The translations under genes were made by a program, and so were the position numbers. From positions 6,318 to 37,882 of the forward strand of contig JBBDYA010000133.1 in NCBI GenBank assembly GCA_040902005.1: DNA of 31,565 nt. The letters run 5' to 3'. Shown here piece after piece: positions 22,219 through 30,514 of the stretch; position 1 is the first letter of the stretch; each line of letters opens with the position of its first letter. This DNA comes from Gemmatimonadaceae bacterium. Its GTDB lineage: Bacteria; Gemmatimonadota; Gemmatimonadetes; Gemmatimonadales; Gemmatimonadaceae. A model generated the notes under the pieces. That model made no database searches. It saw only the letters and a program-made list of their open reading frames with translations, and was not told the origin of the DNA.

Positions 22219-22770
22219 TCAGGGCCGCGCATGAACCCGTGAGACCATCCTGATGGTGTCGGGCAACCCCTGTGGAAATCGCGCATAGGGGAGCAGGCGG
22301 TACGTGTCGCGTGGGGCGAAACGCTGGTGCGCCGACAGATGATTGGACAGAGCGAAGAGGCTGCCTGGCAGCAGGAAGGTCAGCACGGCGAAGGGAATCG
22401 TCCCGACGCAGCCGCCAGAGCCTCCATCTGCATCGGGGGACGCCTTGTAAGTGGTGCAGGAGATCATCAGTGCCACGCCGGTCGCCGCACCCGCGATTGT
22501 CATCCACTTGAATGTCCGCTGCGCGTCGAAGTCGTGGCGTCGAATGACGACCCGGTCGATGGCGTCCGACCGGAGCGCAGACACGAAGTCGCCAGTCAGG
22601 AGCCAGACGGTGTCCGACGAGACCGCGAGCAGTTCTCCCTTCCACGGGCTGCCCCCGATGGGGTGGATCGTCGCCTGCCGCCCGAGCGGCGAGATGCCGG
22701 CGCCCGGATGAATGCAGCCGGGCAGTGACAGGACGGCCACCACGCACAAAACCCTGCCGATTCCGTTCAT
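22219..22770 (-). CDS. Hypothetical lipoprotein with C-terminal hydrophobic helices
   Basis: GAGGT SD; MNGIGRVLCVVAVLSLPG-C lipobox-like; beta domain (GELLAVSSDTVWL..IDRVVIRR), then two TM-like segments; ATGA overlap with the upstream gene. Confidence 0.7.
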   Translation of the reverse strand: MNGIGRVLCVVAVLSLPGCIHPGAGISPLGRQATIHPIGGSPWKGELLAVSSDTVWLLTGDFVSALRSDAIDRVVIRRHDFDAQRTFKWMTIAGAATGVALMISCTTYKASPDADGGSGGCVGTIPFAVLTFLLPGSLFALSNHLSAHQRFAPRDTYRLLPYARFPQGLPDTIRMVSRVHARP

Positions 22771-24337
22771 CGCGACCTCGTGTTGAAGCGACTTGCCCAG
22801 AAGAGTTGTTCCATCGTGGCCTCGCGCGACTTGTACGGCCGCGACAGACGGCGCAGCCCTTCGGCGGGCTGGTGAATCAGCAGCGCGGCCATCAGCGGAT
22901 CCTCCTCGGCCAGCCACTCGCCGCGCATCCACTCGTAGTAGTAGCCCTCGCTCTCGAGGAAGAGCTCGAGCGAATCGGCGGGCAGGTCGAACACGATCCG
23001 GAATTCGTCGCCCGGCATCGTCACGAGATGGGCGGACGAATCCGTGAGCGACGTGAGAGCGCGCGCGTCAGCACGCCCCCCCCCCCAACCCCCCCCAGGC
23101 GCTCCACCGACGTGGGCGCGACGCGCGTGGCGCGCACCGGATCGCCAAGGTCGGCCAGCGCGAGCCAGTCGATGCGCCAGTTGCCCCTGGCCATGCGTAG
23201 GCGGACCTCGATGGTTTCCGAATCGTCCGGCAGCGCGGGAAGCGAGATGACCTTGGTGTCGCTCGCGATCGGCCCCGCTTCCTGGTACGTGCCGACCGTG
23301 CGCCAGGCGCCCGCGGAATCCCGTATCTGCACCTCCACGCCGCCCAGCAGTTGCGCCATGCCGAAGTGCGCCTCGGCGGCGCCGCGCGTGCCCCGCTCCA
23401 TGGACGCCAGCGCGTCGCCGGCCTTCGTTCCGAGGTAGGCGAGGGTCTGATAGAACAGGAACGTGCTGACCAGGGAGTTGCGCGCGGTGAGCACCAGCCC
23501 GGGACGCGTCGCACCGCCGCGGAATGTCAGGTGGATCGTTTCCCGCGCCGCCAGGTCGCTCGAATCCGTGAGCGAGAACCGTTCGATGCCATCATGCGCC
23601 GCGACGGCGCGAAGGCAGTCGGCGCCGGACGCCATGCACGTGGTGGGCGGCGTCAGGGACGTCGCGGGATAGAACAACGAGTCGCCGGACGCGAAGATCC
23701 GTCCTCCGGGAGGCCTGGCAACGGCGAGCACGTTGACCCGCCGCACCATGTGCGTCTCGTATGCCTCGTTGCGCATGCGGATGGCCAGCCGGCGATCGAT
23801 GATCGGGACGTCACCCAGCGCGTCCACGTCGCGGGCCTCCAGTACGCGCGCGACACTTTCCGAAAATCCTTCGGCGTGGACCCTCGTGGTGTCGCCGCCT
23901 TCGACGTAGAAGGTGGGGCACGATCCGAAGCACGACTTGGGATCCATGAGGCAGACGGCGGAGACCCATGCTCCCAGGGTGGCCATGACACCGATGCCCT
24001 GAAGCCCGAGCGCGTAGGCCAGCTCCTTCGAATTCGTCTCGAACAGCGCGACGGCTTCGGTGGCGATGACGGCGGAGTCTGCGCGTTGCGCCACGCGCCA
24101 CGGGTCGTAGTGCGTGCCACTGCCGCGGATCTGGCGCCCGGAGTCGGCGACCGACCATTGGCCGAGGATGTACAGGTCGCCGGAGCGCATGTGCACTTTG
24201 AGCGAGTCGCTGCGCCGCTCCAGTGCCGGCGCGAGGCGAAGGTGCAGCACCGGATCGAGGTACGCCTGGGCGCAGCCGAGGAGCAGGGCCGCGAGGGCCG
24301 GCGTCAGGGCGAGGTAGCGCGCACGGGGGATTGTCAT
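22767..24337 (-). CDS. Hypothetical lipoprotein with CxxDPKSCFGSCP motif (frameshift at poly-C 23076-23096)
   Basis: LLLG-C lipobox; ORF 23021..24346 joins ORF 22767..23024 (…GRADARALTSLTDSSAHLVTMPGDEF…GYYYEWMR) if one base is added in the homopolymer, giving ~523 aa. Confidence 0.72.
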
Positions 24338-24417
24338 GGCCCCCAAATTGGCGGCCGCAGGCGGGCGGCGGGATACGCACCGGTACGTAGGAGGGCTCCA
24401 GCGCTACGTATCCTGTT

Positions 24418-24929
24418 TCAGCGCAGGTCGGGTGCCCCGTCCGCCCCGTAGAAACCGGCATACACCGGCACCCACTGCAGTCGAGGCTTCACCGCTACCA
24501 ATGTTCCGGTCAGGCCGCCGAGAATGCCCCCAATCGAGGCAGTCCAGAGGACGAAGCCTCCGGGATCAGCAACCAAGCGGTCGTTCCTGTTCAGAAAACC
24601 AGCGATCGCTCCCGCACCCATGCCGATCACCAAGCCCCAGGTCGCGTCATGCAGAAAGCGCCTCGGTTGATCGCGCGCGACCGTCATCCGCCTGACATCG
24701 GCACGCGGGATGCGCAGCGTATCACTCCGCCAGCGTCGAACCACGACCACGGCGCCGTGGTGGATGCCAAGAAACGATCCTTCCACGCTGGTGAGCTCCG
24801 GTCTGGCGGAATCGACGTGAATGCCGTAGACGCGTATCCGATCATTCAGCCGAGGGACCTCCTGTGCGGCGAGGCCGCAGGCCGCAGCAGAGCTATCGCC
24901 GCAACAATTCGGACAGTACTCCGGGCCAT
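24418..24929 (-). pseudogene. Frameshifted exported/membrane protein with glycine-zipper helices
   Basis: Signal-like start MARSTVRIVAAIALL needs +1 nt near 24880-24890 to continue as AACGLAAQEVPRLNDRIRVY..VEGSFLG..GMGAGAIAG..GGILGGLTG (~170 aa). Confidence 0.6.
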
Positions 24930-24959
24930 GCTCATCCAGCGAGCGGCGTCGGGCGCGAA

Positions 24960-25042
<83 letters not shown>

Positions 25043-25054
25043 TGGAGCGGAAAC

Positions 25055-25266
25055 TACGTTCTCGGCCGCTGCTACGCAGCGGGTCGGTTCTCGGCGGCGC
25101 CTCGCGCCGGTGGGCGAACCGTACGGGTGTGCACGCCGCCGGTTAGAGTCGGTGGGCGAACCGTACGGGTGTGCACGCCGACCGACGCGCGCAGCGCGTC
25201 GCCGAGAACGTACCCGGCCCGCGCGACGCGCGGGCCGGCCGAGAACGCAGTCGGCCGGCCGAGAGC
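25055..25266. repeat. Composite intergenic element: 31-bp direct repeat inside nested inverted repeats
   Basis: CGGTGGGCGAACCGTACGGGTGTGCACGCCG at 25108-25138 and 25150-25180; GTTCTCGGC twice on the left, GCCGAGAAC twice on the right. Confidence 0.8.
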
Positions 25267-27603
25267 TCAGTCCGGCGAATCCGGCGGCGCCAGCCCAGGC
25301 AGAAGAATTCCGCGCGTCGAATCGGCCGGCGCCGTCATCAACGGCAGCATCTGTTCCGCGCCGGCGACCGCAGCCTCGAGACGCATCGCGCGGGCCACGT
25401 CGCGCGTTTTCTCGACGACGCTGCGCGCGGTGGCAGGATCGGACTGCGACAGCGTTTCCGCCAGTTCGAGCCCCGTGGCCACGTAGAGATACGGAATGCC
25501 GATCGACGGCTGATCGATCCAGTCGCCAGTCCTGATCAAGGCATCATGCGCCTTGAAGATGTCCGTCCAGAGCACCTTGGTCCGCGCGATGTCGAACCAG
25601 CCGTCCCCCTGGACGTACACAGTATCTCCGCCCACCTGTGTGGGCGGGACGAACACCTTCGACGCCAGCCCCTGCGTCAGGATGTTGTCGCCAAAGCCCA
25701 GCTCGCGCGCGTATCCGCCCGAAGTGCGGCTGAAATAAAACGGACGCCCGGGCCATGAATCGGCGATCATCCGCAGCACGAAGATATCCGCGCGCTGGAG
25801 CACGCCGTTGCCCGCGCCATCCTGCGTGAGCCGGCGGGGGTCCAGCGTCACCTTGAGATCCCCGACGTTGAACTGCATCGGCTGGTTGATGAACATGTAG
25901 GGCGGCACCGAGTCGGCGTCGGCTGGCGACATGCGCAGCGGCGCGTTCGCCGGCTTGGGCCAGTGCCGGTTCCGGTAGATCGCCGGTCCCTTCTCGGCGT
26001 CGTACTCGTAGATGGGGCGCCGGATCAGCTGGCGCGTGTACCAGTCCGTGTTCAACAGCGACGTGTTCGCGACGACGACGTCCTGCCGGATCTTCTCCAC
26101 CTCCTGCGCATACCAGAGCGGGAAGGTGTCGTTGTCGCCCACCACCACCAGCACGCCGTACGGCTCCACGGAGTTCAGCAGGTCCGCCGCGAAGTCCGCG
26201 GTCTCGGTGTGGCCGCTGCGCGAGGCCGTGCTGAAGTTCGTGAACAGCGGGATCAGGGCGATGGCGAGCACCGGCGATCCCTTGAGCCACGACGCGTGGC
26301 GCGGCTCGTCCACCGCCTGGCCGCCAAGCCGGACCTTCTCGGTGCCGAAGAGCGATGACACCGATTCCCAGATGAACAGCAGGCCGAGTCCCGCCCACAC
26401 GCCCCACGCGGAGAAACTCCACAAATAGAAGTAGTCGCGGTCGCGCACCTCACGATTCACGCTGTTGGCCAGTTCGGGCGCCTGCGTCGCTCCGTACTTG
26501 AAATTCAGGTAATAGATCAGGAACAGCGTCATGGAGAACATGAGCGTTCCGAAATACCAGAAACTCCGCCGGTCGCGCTGGTAGTGCACCCAGCCGCCGA
26601 ACAGGCCGAGGACGAGGAAGATGGACGCGAGAATCGCCTGACGTCCCTGCCGCTCGCTGTGGGCGTCGCGCAGCCACTGCCACTTGAAGTAGTACCACCA
26701 CATGCCGATCTGTGCGCTGAACGGCGCCTGCCGCGTGGTAAGATCCGGCTTGCCGTACTGGCCGCGATTGAAGTTGTACATGAAGCGGTCGTACGTGTCC
26801 TTGCTGAACGTGCAGTCGAACTTCAGTCCGTCCTGGCACGCCGTGGGCTCGCCCTCGTTGAGCGCGGGCATGTGCGCGGATCGAATCGGCTGTGTGGCGA
26901 AGACGGTCATGCCCAGCGCCATCACGCCAAGGCAGGCCAGGAGCAGCCGCCACCGCAGGATCGTCCGGGGCCGCCGCACCATCACCGCCACGGACACGGC
27001 GAGCGCCGGGAGCATGCCGGCCATGTGGTTGGTGTAGCCCAGCGCGAGCACGAACGCGACGAGCACCAGGGTGCGGTCCGCGACGCGGCCGTCCGGATTG
27101 TCGGACCAGCGTACCATCAGCCAGGAGATGATCGCGATGCCCAGCAGCGACACCGTGTACACCTTCTCGTTCACCACCGACTGGTTCCAGACGGTGAACG
27201 CGGTGGCGCCGATCACCATCGCCACGGACGCGCCCACCAGGCGCTGCCAGCGGACCGGCAGCCAGCTGACGAGCACGCGTTCGGTAATGAGGAACCACAT
27301 CGCCGCGGCGCCCGCGCTGGACACGGCCGCAAGGATGTTGATGCGCGTGGCGACGTTCGGCGCGATGGGCATCTCCGCGAACACGCGGCCGATGAGCACG
27401 AACAGCGGGTTGCCGGGCGGGTGCGGCAGCCCGAGGGTATACGCGGCGGCAATGTACTCGCTCGTGTCCCACATCGCGGTGGAGGGGGACAACGTGATCA
27501 GGTACAGGACAAAGACGCCGAGCGCGGCGAGACCCGCGGCCAGGTAGGACGGGCGGTAATCGAAGTCACCGGCGGCTGGGGATACCGTCGCGCTAGTTGC
27601 CAT
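25267..27603 (-). CDS. DUF2723 (TMEM260-like) GT-C membrane glycosyltransferase
   Basis: Many TM helices; WDTSEYIAAAYTLGLPHPPGNPLF, EKVY, EVRDRDYFY, GDNDTFPLWYAQEVE, SLLNTDWY. Confidence 0.88.
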   Translation of the reverse strand: MATSATVSPAAGDFDYRPSYLAAGLAALGVFVLYLITLSPSTAMWDTSEYIAAAYTLGLPHPPGNPLFVLIGRVFAEMPIAPNVATRINILAAVSSAGAAAMWFLITERVLVSWLPVRWQRLVGASVAMVIGATAFTVWNQSVVNEKVYTVSLLGIAIISWLMVRWSDNPDGRVADRTLVLVAFVLALGYTNHMAGMLPALAVSVAVMVRRPRTILRWRLLLACLGVMALGMTVFATQPIRSAHMPALNEGEPTACQDGLKFDCTFSKDTYDRFMYNFNRGQYGKPDLTTRQAPFSAQIGMWWYYFKWQWLRDAHSERQGRQAILASIFLVLGLFGGWVHYQRDRRSFWYFGTLMFSMTLFLIYYLNFKYGATQAPELANSVNREVRDRDYFYLWSFSAWGVWAGLGLLFIWESVSSLFGTEKVRLGGQAVDEPRHASWLKGSPVLAIALIPLFTNFSTASRSGHTETADFAADLLNSVEPYGVLVVVGDNDTFPLWYAQEVEKIRQDVVVANTSLLNTDWYTRQLIRRPIYEYDAEKGPAIYRNRHWPKPANAPLRMSPADADSVPPYMFINQPMQFNVGDLKVTLDPRRLTQDGAGNGVLQRADIFVLRMIADSWPGRPFYFSRTSGGYARELGFGDNILTQGLASKVFVPPTQVGGDTVYVQGDGWFDIARTKVLWTDIFKAHDALIRTGDWIDQPSIGIPYLYVATGLELAETLSQSDPATARSVVEKTRDVARAMRLEAAVAGAEQMLPLMTAPADSTRGILLPGLAPPDSPD

Positions 27604-27638
27604 GTGCCTGGATCGGGGTGATGGTCGGACGCCGAAAG

Positions 27639-29168
27639 CTAATGCCTGAACTGGCGTCTACCGGTAAAGACCATCGCCATCTCGTACTCGTCCGCCGCCG
27701 CGATGACTTCCGCGTCACGCACCGATCCCCCCGGCTGGACGATGGCTCGTACCCCGGCTTCGTGCGCCTGGTCGATTCCATCGCGAAAGGGGAAGAACGC
27801 GTCGGACCCCATGACCGCGCCCTGCGTGGCGTGCCCCGCACTGGTGGCCTTGTGCACCGCCATGAACGCCGCGTCCACGCGTGACATCTGTCCGGCCCCG
27901 ATGCCGATGGTCATCCCGTCCCGTGCCAGCACGATCGCGTTGGATTTCACCGCGGCCACGGACCGCCACGCGAACAGCAGGTCCTGGAGTTCGGCGTCCC
28001 CGGGCTTGCGCGCCGTGGGGACGTCCCATCCCGACGCTTCGATGACGGTATTCGCCCGCTCCTGCACGAGCACGCCGCCGCGCACGCGCTTGTAGTCGAA
28101 GCTGCGCGACGGCCACCGCGCCGTACCCTCCAGCAGGCGCAGGTTCTTCTTGCGGCCCAGGATCTCCACCGCGCCATCGGTGAACTCCGGTGCCACCAGC
28201 ACTTCCACGAACAGCCCGGACACGACCTCCGCCAGCTCATCGTCCACCGGCCGATTGAAGGCGATCACCGATCCGAAGGCGGAGACCGGATCGCACGCCA
28301 GCGCGTTGCGGTAGGCGCCGAGCGGGCTGTCGCCGATGGCGAGCCCGCATGGCGTGGTGTGCTTCACAATCGCGCAGGCGGTCTGGTCGCCGAACGGTTC
28401 GATGGCGAGGAGCGCCCCCTCGAGGTCCAGCAGGTTGTTGAACGACAGCTCCTTGCCGCCGCGCTGCACGAGTCCCGCGAGTCCCGCGCCAGGCCGCTCC
28501 ACGTAGAACGCCGCCGCCTGGCCGGGATTCTCGCCGTAGCGCAACCCCTGCGCGCGCTCGAAGGCCGCGGTGAACGTGGTGGGAAAGAGGTCGTCGCGCT
28601 GTTCGGCGAACCAGGTGGCGATCGCCGAGTCGTACGCGGCGGTGTGCTCGTAGACCTTCTGCGCGAGCAGCCGTCGCAGCTCGGGGTCGTCCACTCCAGA
28701 TTCGATCGCGCCGAGCACGCGCGTGTAGTCCGCCGGGTCCACCACCACATACACCGCGGCAAAGTTCTTGGCGGCGGAGCGCAGCATGCTGGGCCCGCCG
28801 ATGTCGATCTGCTCGACCACGTCCTCCGGCGCCACGTCGCGGCGCGCGGCGGTCTCGCGAAAGGGGTACAGGTTCACGACGACGAGATCGATCGGCGCGA
28901 TCCCATGCTCCGCGATCGCCTGCATGTGCGCGGGCAGGTCGCGCCGCGCCAGCAGGCCGCCGTGCACGCCGGGGTGCAGCGTCTTCACCCGGCCATCGAG
29001 CATCTCCGGAAATCCGGTGACGTCGGCGATGTCCCGCGGCGAAAGTCCGGCTGACCGAAGGGCCTTCGCCGTGCCGCCCGTCGAGATCAGCTCCCACTGC
29101 AGCGCGGCCAGGTGCGTCGCGAGATCGACGATGCCGGTTTTGTCGGAGACGGAGATCAATGCACGCAT
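27639..29168 (-). CDS. purH: Bifunctional AICAR transformylase / IMP cyclohydrolase
   Basis: RALISVSDKTG, STGGT, GRVKTLHP, IDIGGPSM, RYGENP, KHTTPCG, GQMSRVD, SDAFFPF, QPGGSVRD, RQFRH. Confidence 0.98.
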   Translation of the reverse strand: MRALISVSDKTGIVDLATHLAALQWELISTGGTAKALRSAGLSPRDIADVTGFPEMLDGRVKTLHPGVHGGLLARRDLPAHMQAIAEHGIAPIDLVVVNLYPFRETAARRDVAPEDVVEQIDIGGPSMLRSAAKNFAAVYVVVDPADYTRVLGAIESGVDDPELRRLLAQKVYEHTAAYDSAIATWFAEQRDDLFPTTFTAAFERAQGLRYGENPGQAAAFYVERPGAGLAGLVQRGGKELSFNNLLDLEGALLAIEPFGDQTACAIVKHTTPCGLAIGDSPLGAYRNALACDPVSAFGSVIAFNRPVDDELAEVVSGLFVEVLVAPEFTDGAVEILGRKKNLRLLEGTARWPSRSFDYKRVRGGVLVQERANTVIEASGWDVPTARKPGDAELQDLLFAWRSVAAVKSNAIVLARDGMTIGIGAGQMSRVDAAFMAVHKATSAGHATQGAVMGSDAFFPFRDGIDQAHEAGVRAIVQPGGSVRDAEVIAAADEYEMAMVFTGRRQFRH

Positions 29169-29177
29169 GTTTACTGC

Positions 29178-29210
29178 GGGGAACAGGGAAAGGGGAAGGG
29201 GGAACAGGGG
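29178..29210 (+). repeat. Heptamer tandem repeat 4 x GGGAANN, G-quadruplex-capable
   Basis: GGGAACA GGGAAAG GGGAAGG GGGAACA GGGG, about 10 nt from the purH start. Confidence 0.7.
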
Positions 29211-29261
29211 TGGATGAAGTTCAATATGGCTACTGGCACAGGACCCTCGAAGCGCTTGGGA

Positions 29262-29957
29262 TCATTGCTCCAGCCCGAACGCCTGTTCGATGTCCTGCAC
29301 CAGGCGGCGCTCGTCCCAGTTCATGAGGGCGAACGACGCGGCCTCGGGCACCGCGCGCGGACGCACGTCGAATCGCCACCGCCCCGACGCCACGGCGTCG
29401 ACCACGCGCGGGTAGAGCACGTGCTCCACCCTGAGCACGCGCGCCGCCAGGGTATGCACGGAATCGTCCGCGAGCACCGGCACCGGCCACTGCGCCAGGA
29501 TGGCGCCGCGATCGTACTCGTCGTCCACGTAGTGAACGGTGGCCCCGCTCACCCGCGCGCCGGCCGCGAGCACCGCGCGATGGACGCGATCGCCGTACAT
29601 GCCCGCGCCGCCGAAGGCAGGGAGCAGGGCGGGATGCACGTTCAGCACCCGGCAGGGGAGCTCCGCGAGCACCTCCGTGGGCACCAGTCGCAGGTAGCCC
29701 GCGAGGGCCACGAAGTCCACGGCGTGCTTCTTCACCAGCTGGAGCGGCGTGGGGGCGTCGGGCGTGCGGCTGGTGCGCATCAGCGACGCCGTGATCCCGG
29801 CCACGCGGGCGCGCTCAAGGGCACCGGACTCGGCGCGATCCGACGCGACGAGCACCACATCACCGGCGCGCGCGTCGCCACGGGCGCCCAGGTAGTCGAG
29901 TATCGCCTGCAGGTTGGTCCCACCGCCGGAGGCGAAGACCGCGATCCGTGCCGTCAT
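29262..29957 (-). CDS. purN: Phosphoribosylglycinamide formyltransferase
   Basis: IAVFASGGGTNLQA, LAGYLRL, LNVHPALLPAFGG, SGATVHYVD..YDRG, EH; ATG at 29957 (the ORF track extends too far upstream). Confidence 0.95.
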   Translation of the reverse strand: MTARIAVFASGGGTNLQAILDYLGARGDARAGDVVLVASDRAESGALERARVAGITASLMRTSRTPDAPTPLQLVKKHAVDFVALAGYLRLVPTEVLAELPCRVLNVHPALLPAFGGAGMYGDRVHRAVLAAGARVSGATVHYVDDEYDRGAILAQWPVPVLADDSVHTLAARVLRVEHVLYPRVVDAVASGRWRFDVRPRAVPEAASFALMNWDERRLVQDIEQAFGLEQ

Positions 29958-30514
29958 CGCGGGGATTGTATGACCCGGACCACCGCTTCGTCCAGCGACC
30001 CGGCCACGCTGAACTCCGCCCGCGCCCGCTCCACGTCGCCGGCCGGCGTGTCCGCGGACGGCACCAGGATGCCGTGGCCGCCCAGTGCGCGCGCGGGCTC
30101 CACATCGCGCAGGCGGTCGCCGAGGAACCACGAGCGCGTCAGGTCCAGTCCGAGTTCGTCGGCTGCCCGCCGGTACAGCAGCGTGCCGGGCTTGCGGCAC
30201 TCGCAGGCGCCGGAGTGGTCGGGATGGTGCGGGCACATGTACGTCGCGTCCACGCGCGCGCCCCCCCCCGCCCCCTCGTGCCCGAGCAGCTCGTTCATGC
30301 GCGTCCGCACGCGATCGTAATCGGCAGCCGTGTAGTACCCGCGCGCGATCCCCGACTGGTTGGTGACGACGATGACCGGCACGCGAGCCGCGTTGAGCCG
30401 CGCGATGGCGGCCGCCGCGCCCGGAATCAATGCCACCTGGTCGGGGCGCGCGATGTAGCGCACGTCCTGGATGATCGTGCCGTCGCGGTCGAGGAAGACC
30501 GCGGCGACGCTCAC
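29954..30514 (-). CDS. gmhB: HAD-IIIA phosphatase, D-glycero-D-manno-heptose 1,7-bisphosphate phosphatase-like
   Basis: FLDRDGT, VTNQSGIARG, Zn motif CPHHP..CECRKP, GD..D. Confidence 0.85.
   Translation of the reverse strand: MSVAAVFLDRDGTIIQDVRYIARPDQVALIPGAAAAIARLNAARVPVIVVTNQSGIARGYYTAADYDRVRTRMNELLGHEGAGGGARVDATYMCPHHPDHSGACECRKPGTLLYRRAADELGLDLTRSWFLGDRLRDVEPARALGGHGILVPSADTPAGDVERARAEFSVAGSLDEAVVRVIQSPR

Noticed and set aside
23021..23023. Selenocysteine read-through at TGA stops (also 24846-24848)
   Set aside because: The plausible continuation is in a different frame, so a frameshift rather than UGA recoding explains it
22170..24959. Prophage or integrative element at tRNA-Ser
   Set aside because: No integrase or mobility gene; the shared sequence belongs to two complete tRNA genes, not an att duplication
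25108..25180. CRISPR array
   Set aside because: Only two repeats with an 11-nt spacer and no cas genes
29169..29261. ZMP/ZTP riboswitch upstream of purH
   Set aside because: The GACUGGCG and CGCCUGGGC-type conserved segments are not visible; the leader is low-complexity
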